The notes below the pieces were generated by a model. That model was not told where the DNA came from and ran no database searches. It saw only the letters and a program-made list of their open reading frames with translations. The position numbers and the translations under genes are program-made. DNA of 64,000 nt from Chlamydiales bacterium (GTDB lineage: Bacteria > Chlamydiota > Chlamydiia > Chlamydiales > JAAZZY01): the NCBI GenBank assembly GCA_965206695.1, contig CBDBKM010000010.1:64001-128000 (forward strand), read 5' to 3'. Below are positions 42,100-54,166 of the stretch, in pieces; position 1 is the first letter of the stretch, and every line of letters starts with the position of its first letter.

Positions 42100-44134
42100 T
42101 ATACTCATCACGAATAAACCTCCGGATATTTTGTATTCGTATAGTGTAAATTATTTTGTATGAATTCATTTTTAACACTATCAGAAGAAAAGCATCTCAG
42201 ACAGCAACATAAACGAGAAAAGAATGGTCGTATACGAGATCGTATCAAGGCTGTTCTATTGTCGAATAAAGGTTGGAGTAATACTCGTATTGCTGAAGCT
42301 GTGCTTTTAGACGATGAAACAGTGTCTCGTCACATTAAAGAATATCAAAATAAACAGCAATTGCATGTAGAAAGCGGTGGTTCAGTCAGTAAACTTCTTG
42401 CGCCACAGTCAGAAGAATTCATTAAACATTTAACAACTCATACCTATGTCAAAGTAGAAGATATCTGTTCTTATGTTCTCGCGAAATATGGCATTGTTTA
42501 TACGATTTCAGGGATGACTTCTTGGCTACACTCACATGGTTTTTCCTATAAAAAGCCTAAAGGTACACCGGCTAAGGCAAATTCTGATCAACAAAAAGCT
42601 TGGATGCAATTTTACACCAAGCTTATGGCATCTCTGCCTAAAAATGAGCCTGTTGAATTTGCTGATGGTGTACATCCAACTATGGCAACTAAAATTTCTT
42701 ATGGTTGGATTCGACCGGGAACAGATAAATTGATTGCAACAACAGCTTCTCGTACTCGAATGAATCTTATGGGGTCTATCAATTTAAACAGTATGAAGGT
42801 AACAATAGATGCTTATGAAACATTAAATAGCGGTACCATGGCAAAGCATTTTGCTTTGCTACGGTCAAAATACCCCTCAGCTCCAAATATCCATCTTATT
42901 TTAGATCAAGGCCCTTATATAGTCATTTAATTTTACATTGATAAGATTGCTTGATCAATGGCGAATGTAAAATTCGTAACTTTTCGTAATATCTCTCTAA
43001 CTTTATTTTTCATATTAGCCCAATATTTTTCTATAGGATTTAAGTCCGGAGAATATGGAGGAAGAAACATAAGCTTACAACCGGCAGATTCTACTGTTTT
43101 CCTGCTTTCCGCTGACTTGTGAAAACCGGCATTGTCAAGAATAAGAACACTACCGGGTGTAAGCTGAGGAGTCAAAACTTCCTTAAGCCAAATATTGAAT
43201 AACCCGGTATTACAAGTACCTTCAAAACACATTGGAGATAAAAACTGCCCTTTAGATAGGGCTGAAATAATATTTTGCCTTATAAAGCGGTTTCCTGAAA
43301 CCGCTCCAAAAACTTTTTTGCCGCGTAAGGTTCTTCCGGACTCACGAAATAAAAATTGATGAATCCCGGTTTCATCGAGATAAATTCTCTTGTCAAAGGG
43401 AATATTTTTTAAATCTTTCATAAAAGCTTCCCGTTTCTTTTCATCTCTTTCCTTATAGCGAGTAGTTTTTTTTTTCGTGTAATTTTTAATCTTTTAAGGG
43501 CATAAAAAATCGTTTGCGGAGTGACTGAAAAATAATCAGCAATTTCCGATAAGAAATAATCCGGATGTTTTTCTACATATTTAGATAACAACTCATCATC
43601 TAATTTCTTATAAGCATATTTTCTGCGGATTGGCTTTAAATGTCCTTTTTGCTTTTTTTGCAAGATCCATCGATATATTGTTGCGATACCTACTTGAAAA
43701 ATATGGCCGGCTGTTTTTTTATCATGATGTTTTTCTATATGTTGTCATACTTTCTCTCGAAGATCTACTGAATAGGCTCTAGGCATTGTTTTGTCCTTAC
43801 TGGTTGTATAAAAAAAGAAGGATAACATATTATCAAATAAAAATTAAAATACTATAATACAAGTATTCAGACCAAACAAGAAGCAGAAAAACAAGGTATT
43901 ATTCTCTATTATTTACCTTCTTACAGTCCTAACCTCAATCCCATTGAACGATTATGGAAAGTGATGAATGAATATTGTCGCAATAATCGGTTTTTTAATT
44001 CTGCTAAAGAATTTCGGAGATCGATTACCGGATTTTTTGAAAATACTTGGCCCTCTATTGCTCAATCAATGAGGACACGAATCAATGATCATTTTCAAGT
44101 CTTAGAATCGGCACTTTGATTCATAAGGGGTATA
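42100..44134 (+). mobile_element. IS630-family element A, copy 1, interrupted by element B
   Basis: Ends TATACTCATCACGAAT / ATTCATAAGGGGTATA; transposase 42160-42917 resumes 43857-44119; near-identical to 58618-59715. Confidence 0.93.
42918..43856 (-). mobile_element. IS630-family element B, copy 1 (orfA has premature TGA)
   Basis: Ends TATAGTATTTTAATTTT / AAAATTAAATGACTATA; TA duplicated relative to the intact element A sequence CCTTA-TA-ATAC; DDE motifs LDETG, LDNAGFH, YSPDLNPIE. Confidence 0.95.
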
Positions 44135-44143
44135 TTACCCCCA

Positions 44144-44175
44144 AATAGCAGAATAGCAGAATAGCAGAAATAGCA
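44144..44175. repeat. Four tandem AATAGCA(G) repeats, putative replication-origin iterons
   Basis: Three perfect 8-mers (44144-44167) plus AATAGCA (44169-44175), bracketed by TACCC/GGGTA, immediately after the primase/helicase stop. Confidence 0.75.
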
Positions 44176-44181
44176 AGGGTA

Positions 44182-46044
44182 CTATCTCACAATCCAAATC
44201 TCCTTATGCTTAATATTATCAATCTCTCCTTTTTCAGGGCCAATTATCCATCCATGAGATTTCAAAATATTTAACAATTTTTTTGCTACAGCTTGTGATC
44301 GAATTGAATTAGGGCTTTTTTGATAAATCATGATTGTAGGGAACCTTTTAACCTTCTTTTCATGCAACCACGCCAATAGTTTATTGGCTTGAAGAAGATC
44401 TTGATCCATTGATGACAGCCCCGGAAGCCTGAGAGACTCCGAAAGATAAAATTCACAGATCTTAATGGCATTGTTAATCTCCGTTATTTTAACTTCACTA
44501 GGATTGATATATTCAAAGACTGACAGAATTTCCGCTATACGCAAAGCATTCTCAGCAATTTTAGCCGCTACTGCTTTTATTTGCTCATATTTACCATTGG
44601 GGCGCATCTCATATTCTATCTCGTTATGAAATTCTATCCACCGATTACAAGATTCTTGTGATAGCGATAATTCTAAAGGGCTTAACTCACCAATATTATC
44701 CGGAGATATTGAGAGAGATCTATCCATTAACTCTACTACTCGATCTTTAAAATTCTTAAATCCGGGCTTAAGATAAATATTTTCCGATTTATAGATTCTG
44801 CTTCCTATGGTACTCTTGGGATATGGTATGAGGCATCTACTTAAAAGACCCTGCCCAATTAAAATAGGATTGGAAAATATCTGTTGAGCTACTATGGGTT
44901 GAATCATAAGGCTAAGACTTAAACGCTTACCGTACAAATTATACACACCATCTTTTACTCTAGCTCTGTCAATTTCTCCTGCATCCCAAAGAGCAGAAAG
45001 ACCCGCTGCTGTTGACAAAACATTTTCTTCTCGCATAGCATGACCTCCTATCAACCGTCCTCCTTCATCAGAGAACAACCCTATGGAAGGTATACTTTTA
45101 GACAAATGAGTGACAAGAGATGGAAATGTCGGCTCAGCCAGTAGCATTATAGGATCTAGTGGTGGCTTAGGAGCCTCTTCCACTTCCGGTACGTTACCTG
45201 CTTTTACAGCTTTATCTCGTTTGTGAGACCAAGCATCATATTGATTTTTGAATTGATACATTTCTTTGTAATAAATTTGAAGTGTCATTTTTTGATACTC
45301 CCTGATTGTATGAAGTACAACTTTATCGATACCTGTCTTACGTTCCCCACTTTCTCCAACCGTAATAAAATAAAGAGAAAGAGGAATTGATCTACCATCG
45401 ATAATTATGTTATAAAAAGGTTGTGTAACTAGTGCTGTGGCACTCAGAAGACTTTGTGCGCATATAGTCATTGGAGCTTGTACTACTTCATTTAAATCCC
45501 TACAGGCTGCCGATAATCGCACTCCTAAGGCCTCTACCGGAAAGATTACCGGATCCTGTACCTTTCTAAATAAAGGGGTTGGCTGGGCAAGATGCTGATA
45601 AATTGTTAGACCCAAAAAAGAACATAAATCATTAATATTTTTATCTTTACAGTGGTTATGGAAACATTTAAAACCATGGCTATCATAACCATCCTTATGC
45701 GGTTCAAAATATTTTGTATCGCCTGTATTATCTGATGACGTATGATCTTTTTTCCAAGGACACTCAATATCATAACATCTTTTCGGATGGATTTTGGCAC
45801 TTCGAAATAATCCATGATTATAGATAGCTTCTAAAATTTTATTCTTATTCTCTTTTACCTCATTATGTTTTGGTGAATGGATCTTCATATGCTTATCTGA
45901 TTCAGATACAAAAAAAGATCCTCTGTACAAATCTATAGAATTGATCTCTATGATTTTACTTACAAACGGATCCTTTTTCTGATGCAAGAACCCGGGTAAT
46001 CTCATCACTCGAGAAAGGTCTTTCACTTGAGGATCTCCATCATA
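44182..46044 (-). pseudogene. RepB-type primase / YfjI (DUF3987) helicase fusion, 5' end lost at an IS630 insertion
   Basis: GDPQVKDLSRVMRLPG, zinc motif CPW..H..CFHNHC, Walker A GESGERKT, SDEGG, QGLLSRCL. Confidence 0.8.
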
Positions 46045-46981
46045 TAGTATTTTAATTTTTATTTGATAATATGTTATCCTTCTTTTTTTATACAACCAGT
46101 AAGGACAAAACAATGCCTAGAGCCTATTCAGTAGATCTTCGAGAGAAAGTATTACAACATATAGAAAAACATCATGATAAAAAAACAGCCGGCCATATTT
46201 TTCAAGTAGGTATCGCAACAATATATCGATGGATCTTGCAAAAAAAGCAAAAAGGACATTTAAAGCCAATCCGCAGAAAATATGCTTATAAGAAATTAGA
46301 TGATGAGTTGTTATCTAAATATGTAGAAAAACATCCGGATTATTTTTTATCGGAAATTGCTGATTATTTTTCAGTCACTCCGCAAACGATTTTTTATGCC
46401 CTTAAAAGATTAAAAATTACACGAAAAAAAAAACTACTCGCTATAAGGAAAGAGATGAAAAGAAACGGGAAGCTTTTATGAAAGATTTAAAAAATATTCC
46501 CTTTGACAAGAGAATTTATCTCGATGAAACCGGGATTCATCAATTTTTATTTCGTGAGTCCGGAAGAAGCTTACGCGGCAAAAGAGTTTTTGGAGCGGTT
46601 GCAGGAAACCGCTTTATAAGGCAAAATATTATTTCAGCCCTATCTAAAGGGCAGTTTTTATCTCCAATGTGTTTTGAAGGTACTTGTAATACCGGGTTAT
46701 TCAATATTTGGCTTAAGGAAGTTTTGACTCCTCAGCTTACACCCGGTAGTGTTCTTATTCTTGACAATGCCGGTTTTCACAAGTCAGCGGAAAGCAGGAA
46801 AATAGTAGAATCTGCCGGTTGTAAGCTTATGTTTCTTCCTCCCTATTCTCCGGACTTAAATCCTATAGAAAAATATTGGGCTAATATGAAAAATAAAGTT
46901 AGAGAGATATTACGAAAAGTTACGAATTTTAAATTCGCCATTGATCAAGCAATCTTATCAATGTAAAATTAAATGACTATA
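46043..46981 (+). mobile_element. IS630-family element B, copy 2 (intact; orfA 46113-46481 and orfB joined by -1 frameshift on an A10 run)
   Basis: MPRAYSVDLR HTH orfA; A10 run near 46424-46433; DDE orfB ends 46966; TA at both ends. Confidence 0.95.
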
Positions 46982-47714
46982 AGCAGTCTGAAAAGCGTGT
47001 TTTTTCCGATATTCACAGATTTTACAATCAGAAGAAGGATCGGGGATAGTATCTGATTTTAAGCATACTAATATTTCCTCTAAAAGTTGGCTCAATCCAA
47101 TCTGTTTTTTCCTAAGATAAGGAAGTACATGTATATCGAATTCTAGTTTGCCCCCAAATTGCTCACGATCTTTTTTACCATTACAGTATATGAAGTAAGA
47201 TGTATCCGATACCTTGAAGCCATTGTTCTTTAAGAGCCACTGATAAATTTCTATTTGCCTTTTATAGCTATTTTTGCCATTCTGCATCGATAGTTACTTC
47301 TGTGGACTTACTAGTAGCCTTATAGTCAACAAGTATGAGTTCCTCTTCAGAAGTTATCCAAACATCATCAGGGGCACCATGTATTATGAAGTTAGTGTCT
47401 TCATGATGATATTGAACTCCTTTAAAATTGTTTCGCCATTCGTCTATTTTCTCATGAGAAAACGGAATAGCATCAATTTTTTCTTGTAACATGAGAGGAT
47501 GAGGTTTCCCTTGCTGTCGATAGATATCGAACTCTTTCTTCAACAGTGTGTCAACAGCACTATTTAGATTAAACGGAAATCCAGGGGGTTGTGAAACGCC
47601 TAATTTACGGTCCAAATAGAAACAATGGGGACATTGAAAATATAAATCTATTTTAGATCGACTTAGTTTAAAAGGTTCATTGCATGAAGGATTGTATAAT
47701 TTTTTTCTGGGCAT
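46982..47714 (-). CDS. Cas4/AddB-like PD-(D/E)XK nuclease, frameshifted at ~47273, 3' end cut by IS
   Basis: LSRSKIDL..QCPHCF, GAPDDVW..LVDYK, RQIEIYQWLL, C-terminal CKIC; removing one A restores WQNSYKRQ. Confidence 0.8.
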
Positions 47715-47720
47715 CCGTAT

Positions 47721-48902
47721 TTAAGATCTCCTTATAATTTTTTTGATTTCATGATCATATTCATATTGATCTATCTTGTTATTGGTAATAAGTTGAACGC
47801 AACGATTGATGATTTCAAGTGGCACAATGAACCACTCTCTAGGATTAAAACGTCTTCTATTTCGATCAAATATATCGATGTCTAAACAAGAAGAGGCAAA
47901 AAATTTATGGAGTAAAAATTCTAATTTTTGGGGATTAAGGTTATAGCATTTATATTTAGCAATAATTTTAGCAGGTGCGTAGAGATATGTGGAATCTTGA
48001 CTTGCATTTTTAATGCGTTTTTCTGGTGATGATTTAGAAAAACCTATTTTATAAAGATCTTTGATTTCTTTAATTTTTCTATTTTTACTTAATGATTGTA
48101 ATACGTAAATATATCCATCTTCATGATCATTTTTGGAGATGCAATTTTGATCTAGATTAAAGCCATTTAGTAAGTCGTCTTGATATTCTGTTACTATGCG
48201 CCCGTCTTGATATAACCCTGTGATTAATGATTGTTTTAGGAGATCAGCTTCCGTTCCATTTTCAAATATACAATGCAATCGAGGGTTGTCATCATCAGCA
48301 TTATTTTCATCTATATTTACATCTGCAACATATACCAAAATGCCTCTCAAAATAAAAAATCGATTTTTATCAATATTTTGGTATTGATCATATTTAAATG
48401 GCCTTAGCTCTCTTTTAGATGAGTTCAGATCTTTATGGCATTTTTGAAAAAGATCAACAAAATCATTAAAATTTTTGCAAGGTTTACGTTGTGCAATATA
48501 GTCTGGCGAATTTGTTTTTTTAGGGATATGCTTGAGGTTAAATATCTCTTTCACATCACTACTAATATGTAGAAGTCCAAACTCATCGTTTTTAAAGATG
48601 TCTTGAATTGAATTGATGCGAGTAGGTAGCCCCAGTAATGAGAATTCATCATATTCTAATAAGATTAAGACTTTATTATTCTGCTCTCTAATTCCTCTTA
48701 AACGGTGATATAATTCAAATTCTTCCCTGTTTTGCTTATTTTCTGCAGGCTCATGGTTATTTATACGGTAAAAGTTATTAATTTCTTGAAATTCACTTAT
48801 TAGTATCTCTTGTTCAGTGGTATGCGATGAACTTTTATGTTTAATTTTTAATAAGCCAAATTCATCATTTGCCAATAAGGTAAGCAAGGTTTCTTCCTTC
48901 AT
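47721..48902 (-). CDS. yeeC: YeeC-like T5orf172 / GIY-YIG nuclease
   Basis: GYIYVLQS, YKIGFS, RIKNA..TYL.AP, LEFLLHKFF, PREWFIVPL. Confidence 0.85.
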   Translation of the reverse strand: MKEETLLTLLANDEFGLLKIKHKSSSHTTEQEILISEFQEINNFYRINNHEPAENKQNREEFELYHRLRGIREQNNKVLILLEYDEFSLLGLPTRINSIQDIFKNDEFGLLHISSDVKEIFNLKHIPKKTNSPDYIAQRKPCKNFNDFVDLFQKCHKDLNSSKRELRPFKYDQYQNIDKNRFFILRGILVYVADVNIDENNADDDNPRLHCIFENGTEADLLKQSLITGLYQDGRIVTEYQDDLLNGFNLDQNCISKNDHEDGYIYVLQSLSKNRKIKEIKDLYKIGFSKSSPEKRIKNASQDSTYLYAPAKIIAKYKCYNLNPQKLEFLLHKFFASSCLDIDIFDRNRRRFNPREWFIVPLEIINRCVQLITNNKIDQYEYDHEIKKIIRRS

Positions 48903-50857
48903 TATGAATGAGCTCCATGCTTTTGTTGCTGAGATTTTATATAATTTAGATGCTGAGATTTTACATAAATTAAAACTTGAGCCATACGTTGTTCGATTGA
49001 ATGAATAGAATTGAGATTGGGCTCCCGCTTATTTTTTCTGCGAAATTCAGTTATTTCTGGCCACAACTTTATTGCTTCCTCTTCTGTCACTGAATTTTTC
49101 ATACTGACCGTTTTAATGTAATCTTGAATGGCTTTAAAGTGTTCAGATGTTAAAGATTTTGAAATAATTTCAAATGCTTGTTGGAAGGGGTTAATTTTAT
49201 CAATTAGATCAATATGTAGTTCATCAATATTAATGAATTCATTAGCCATTTTAATCAATCTAGTATTAGCTGTTTTTTCGATAGGTTCATTATTTATTAC
49301 CATGCTTGCTACAGTATGCTGTCTAATTTCTTCTATCTCTTTTCCATTAAGATCGGGGTATTCTTCTTTGATAATTTTTGGAATAAGGTGCTTATTTATA
49401 TATTCAGCATCATCTTCATTGATTATTGATTTTTGTATTTCTAGATTTTGAAGAATTATTCTCTTTATATCCTCTATATCCGATTCGATAATGGTAGCGC
49501 TACGTTTTGAGCTCGGGGTTTTAAGCCCACGAATATGAATGATATCGGCTTCATTTTCATCTTGATCTGTTATTCTGTTTTTAAATTTAAAATTAGGAGA
49601 GAGTACCTGTTCCATAAGCAATGAGCAGGTAATTGCTTTTAGTATATTATTGACAGAAACCTTGATGAGATCATCTTCAACATCCGGTTGTGCTATCAGA
49701 TTTGTGAATTGTGCATGCTTTTTGTTTGGGCTATCTCTTGTACACCGTCCTATGATTTGTACTAGCTCTGTAAGAGAGCCTCGGTATCCGACTGTTAGCG
49801 CATGTTCACAAAAAGGCCAGTCAAAACCTTCTTTAGCCATTCCTAAAGCTATGATGATATCGATATCGTTTTCTGATTTAATATTACGCAAATAGTTCAT
49901 TGTATTATTTCTTCTAGTAGTATCATCAACCAAGTCTGCAATTTTTAAAATTTTTCCATCGGTTGTTCTTTTCAGGCTAATAATTCCTGTTTCTAAATCT
50001 TGATCTATAAATTCGCCTATTGTATCCAAAATTTCATCGACTTCTTGATGTTTATTTTTAGTGGATTCACCTGATTGTATACTTGGAATATGTAATATAG
50101 TTTTTTTATTAGTATCGAGAATTTGATTGATTGCCGAGGTGTAACGGCCTTGATAAAAGTGATATCCTATACCCAAGGATTTAAGATACTTATATCCATT
50201 TAACTGTTCGTAGTAAGTATAAGTAACAATATCAAAACAAGATTCATCTTCAGGTTGTAATATAGGGGTTTTATCACCTCTGAAATATGATCCCGTCATA
50301 GCCAAAATGTGTGCGTTAGATTTTGTGATAATGCGTTTTAAAAGGTATCCGAGCCTATTATTAGTTTCATCAGCAGAGACATGATGGAATTCATCGATAG
50401 CCAGTAGGGTATTGTTAAATTTATCTTCCTCAATTTTTTCACATGCAAAACGTAGTGTTGAATGGGTGCAAATAAGAATTTTTTCATTGCTTTCAATAAA
50501 GTTAAGAAATTGTTTTACCTTACCATCTAATCCTCCTGTTCTACATAGATTATATTGGGGGTTTACTTCCCAATCGGTAAAAAACCCATTATCTTTTAAT
50601 TTAGTGGTGTCGAATGATCCTCCTATAGATCTTTCGGGAACAGTTACGATAATTTTTTTAATTCCTTGATTATACAGTTTATCAAGAGCAATAAACATTA
50701 AAGCTCTAGATTTTCCAGAAGCTGGTGGTGATTTAATAATTAGGTATTGGGAGTTTCTTCTTAAGTAAGCGCGGGACTGCATCTCTCTCATGCCTAGATG
50801 GTTAGTTTGTGTGCTTTTGTTTGTCTGAGAATACTTAATGTTTAATAAATTGGACAT
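48902..50857 (-). CDS. yeeB: YeeB-like SF2 DEAD/DEAH helicase
   Basis: GMREMQ, SPPASGKS, DEFHH, MTGS, MAKEGFDWP, QIIGRCTR. Confidence 0.88.
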   Translation of the reverse strand: MSNLLNIKYSQTNKSTQTNHLGMREMQSRAYLRRNSQYLIIKSPPASGKSRALMFIALDKLYNQGIKKIIVTVPERSIGGSFDTTKLKDNGFFTDWEVNPQYNLCRTGGLDGKVKQFLNFIESNEKILICTHSTLRFACEKIEEDKFNNTLLAIDEFHHVSADETNNRLGYLLKRIITKSNAHILAMTGSYFRGDKTPILQPEDESCFDIVTYTYYEQLNGYKYLKSLGIGYHFYQGRYTSAINQILDTNKKTILHIPSIQSGESTKNKHQEVDEILDTIGEFIDQDLETGIISLKRTTDGKILKIADLVDDTTRRNNTMNYLRNIKSENDIDIIIALGMAKEGFDWPFCEHALTVGYRGSLTELVQIIGRCTRDSPNKKHAQFTNLIAQPDVEDDLIKVSVNNILKAITCSLLMEQVLSPNFKFKNRITDQDENEADIIHIRGLKTPSSKRSATIIESDIEDIKRIILQNLEIQKSIINEDDAEYINKHLIPKIIKEEYPDLNGKEIEEIRQHTVASMVINNEPIEKTANTRLIKMANEFINIDELHIDLIDKINPFQQAFEIISKSLTSEHFKAIQDYIKTVSMKNSVTEEEAIKLWPEITEFRRKNKREPNLNSIHSIEQRMAQVLIYVKSQHLNYIKSQQQKHGAHS

Positions 50858-51007
50858 ACTTCATTCTTGTATATAATTGATGTTTATTTAAAGAATGATA
50901 TGGGATAGATAATAATAAGTCAATTTATATAAAAGGACATTTAGATAAAAATTGTTTTATAAATTTATATTTTTTTATAATAAATAGATTTGATTTTATT
51001 AACGAAC

Positions 51008-53676
51008 TTATTGATCGATGGTCATTTTTTCATAGAGTTCAAAAAGATATTCTAGTCTTTCTGCATCGTTATTGAATAGTTTTGATCTATAGCATTTTTC
51101 TACAGATAGATCTAACTTTTGGTGTGTTTTTCGTAAATCATCTGGCATTGTATCAGGTTTATACATCCACGCTATTGTTTTTTCCGGAATAAGTAGATCT
51201 TATCTTAAGAATATCAAATGCAAGCTTTTCAAGTGTGTTTTTTTGTGTCCTAGATAGATTAGGAACAGGAAATGTATTATAGCATATAGTTGAAGAGTAA
51301 CGTAAATCACTTTTTAAGCGACCTGCAACCGCTCTTACCCATACCATATGTAGATTTGATGATATGAGAGAAAAGATATGTATTTCAGGATCATAAACAG
51401 CTTGTGCAGAGTCTAATATGATGCTATTTGAATTAATATATCCTATAGGAATATAAGTGAGGGATACCGATGAGACTCGCGGGATTAGTAGAGCTTCAGA
51501 TTTACGATATCTTATTTCTCCAAATTTGTGTGGGATTTGTGATAATTTATTTGTTGCTTTTTTGGGGCTTTTCTTTCTCTCTTCTTTTACTTGGGAAATT
51601 CGGGACCTTACTTCAGCTATCTTGTTAGCGATAGTTAAGTTGTTATTTTCTATCCATAAACAATATCGATTTTCTTTATAGAGAAATTCTTTGGACCCAA
51701 TTGCTTTTTTTATTATTTTTTTAGAGCTTGGATACAAATTAGTTAATTTTTTATATTCTTCATGAGAAAGAAGAAGAGAAGAGCCACATACCGGCATGCT
51801 GCCCAAGGTCATAATAGACAATTCCGGAGAAATTGGAATTTTAACTTCTTTTATAAAAATATTTTTAGAATCAATTAGATAAGCATTAATATTTTTATAA
51901 TTTTGTTTGTTATTTTGATCATAAATATATTTATTTTGTTTTTTTGAAATATTTCTTATTCCAACTATTATACATATGACACCGGCATTATCTAATGCGC
52001 TGTTTTTCCATTTAAAAGGTTTATATCCAAATTCGATCTCTAGATTTTTTTTAAAGATATAAGGCCAAAGAGTTGGTACATGTAAGCCTTGACAAATAGA
52101 ATTTGTTGAAACAAAAGCATATTTAGCTGATGCATTTTGAATATATTCAGAGGCTTTAAAAAACCAGCAAGAGATATAATCGAGATTTCCACTTTTAGGA
52201 ATAATGGGTTCCAGTAATTCTTTCATATCGCTTTTTTGTTCTTTTGTTTGGAGGCTTTTTCCTAAATAAGGGGGATTTCCTAAAATATAAATTTCTGAAC
52301 TACGATTTTTAGGACATACAGATTCCCAATCCATGCGAATAGCATTTCCACAAACAATATTTCCACTATCCTTTAAAGGAAGAGAGGGGCGGACTTCTCC
52401 AAAAACTTTTTTAAATTTAATATTCATTTGATGTTCAGCAACCCAAAGTGAAAGTAGTGCTAATTGTTGAGCAAATTCATTAATTTCTATTCCATAAAAT
52501 TGAGACAACATAATGTATGATATGGGAAGCCGGCGTTCCCCTGTAATTTTCTCTACTTGTTGAAATAGTGCAATTTCTAATTGGCGGAGCTCTTTATAAG
52601 CGATGATCAGAAAATTTCCTGAACCGCAAGCAGGATCAAAAATTTTTAAACTATATATTCGTTTTAATAATTTTTGTAGTCGACCGGCATGGTTTTTATT
52701 TTTATTAAATTCTTCATAGAGCTCATCTAAGAATAATGGTTTTATGATTTTCATAATGTTTATTACAGAAGTATAATGCATTCCTGTAGAGCTGCGTGTA
52801 TCAGGGTCTGCAATAGATTGAATCATAGAGCCAAATATATCGGGATTAATAAGAGACCAGTCTAATTTTCCGGATTCAATAATCAGCTTTCTTGAGTATC
52901 TAGAAAAATTTGGTATCTTTTCTTGATCACTAAATAAGGCTCCATTTACATATGGAAATTCTTGTAAGAATTTTGGATATGATCCTTTGTTTTTACAATC
53001 TAAGGATTTAAATAGCCGAGATAAGAATTCTCCTAGATCCTGCCCATCTGTATTAGTTTGAGATTCTACAGTCTTTGTAAATAAATCATTTTTGAATATG
53101 TCCGTATCTTCAGCAAAGTAACAAAATAATAGTCGTGTGAAAAAGGAATTTAGGGCGTGTCGAGAAATTGATTTTTTTGAGGTATTATCCTTTTGTATTT
53201 GCTCATATAATGCAGCGATTTTTTTAGCTGCTTGAATATCGGCCGGATTTTCATCATATATTTCGGCTTTTTCATTACCCGTCCATGGGAGGAAAAAACT
53301 AATATACTCGCTTAGATCTTGAATCGAAATTTCGATTGCTTCTCGTGTGTGTGTGTCAAACGCAGATATTAATCTATAGTTAGTTAATATAATAAATCTA
53401 GGTTTGTATTTTAATATTTCTTTTCTTTTTATTAGTTTTTCATGCTCACTTTTTAATTTAATGGATGTGGTTTCTTTAAAAAATAGTTCTTTTTTCCAAA
53501 GAATTGTTCCTAGTTCATTCTTTAATTGGTTGTAATCCCCTTTTTTCAAACGACTAATAGGATGATTTAGCTTTTCCATAAGCTAAGAGCAGGTCATAGA
53601 TAAATGTTTTTTGTGAGAAATTCTGAAGAAGTTTTTCAATATTTTCTTCTATCTCTGTTATTGAGATATCTACCAT
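51008..53676 (-). CDS. yeeA: YeeA / MmeI-like N6-adenine DNA methyltransferase with specificity domain; +1 frameshifts at ~53560 and ~51180
   Basis: DPACGSGNF, GNPPY, PYVNG.LF, GMHYT, RYS...YNTFP; upstream frame MVDISITEIEENIEKLL..DLLLAYG; downstream frame KTIAWMYKPDTMPDDLRKTHQKLD..ERLEYLFELY. Confidence 0.88.
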
Positions 53677-53862
53677 ATTTTTGCATCCTGCATTATATAG
53701 ATATTAACCTTCCTTATTACAAATGCTTTACATTATGTAGGATAGTTATATAAGCAATTGTAAGTATACATCCCTGTATCAGTAGCCATATTAGAATTTT
53801 GATAAATCGTCAATTAGTTTATAACGAGATTGATATCAAATTGTATTTTATTTTTATCTTCT

Positions 53863-54042
53863 AGATTTAATGAAATTATCAATCTCAAATAGGGAATCTC
53901 AGTTGATTTGGTTTTGGATTTGGCTGCTGCCCTTAGAGCAACACCCGAATTCTGCGTAAATCTACAAATCAATTATGAGCTTTGGGAAGCGATAAGGCGT
54001 TGCCCAAGAAGAGGTATCGAACCTATAGAAATGGTTATTTAG
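53863..54042 (+). pseudogene. higA: Second HigA-family antitoxin remnant
   Basis: RFNEIINLK*GISVDLVLDLAAALRATPEFCVNLQINYELW, internal stop, no start. Confidence 0.65.
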
Positions 54043-54166
54043 TTCTTTTATTATAAATTTAAATTTTAATTAATTAATAAATTATTTTTTAATAAATAAA
54101 CTATTTGATTTAATAAAAGTATATCTGTGAAAATACGCGTTTAATTAAAATTATCGCTGATTTTCG

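Noticed and set aside
42100..42178. N-terminus of the 256 aa tnpB ORF
   Set aside because: It is the antisense of the IS630-A left end, not TnpB sequence
44144..44175. CRISPR array, given the nearby Cas4-like gene
   Set aside because: 8-bp contiguous repeats without spacers; no cas1/cas2; no array seen anywhere in the window
46045..46113. N-terminal ~23 aa of the 643 aa primase ORF and upstream start of ORF 46071
   Set aside because: Both derive from the IS630-B left end; orfA most likely starts at ATG 46113 after AAGGA
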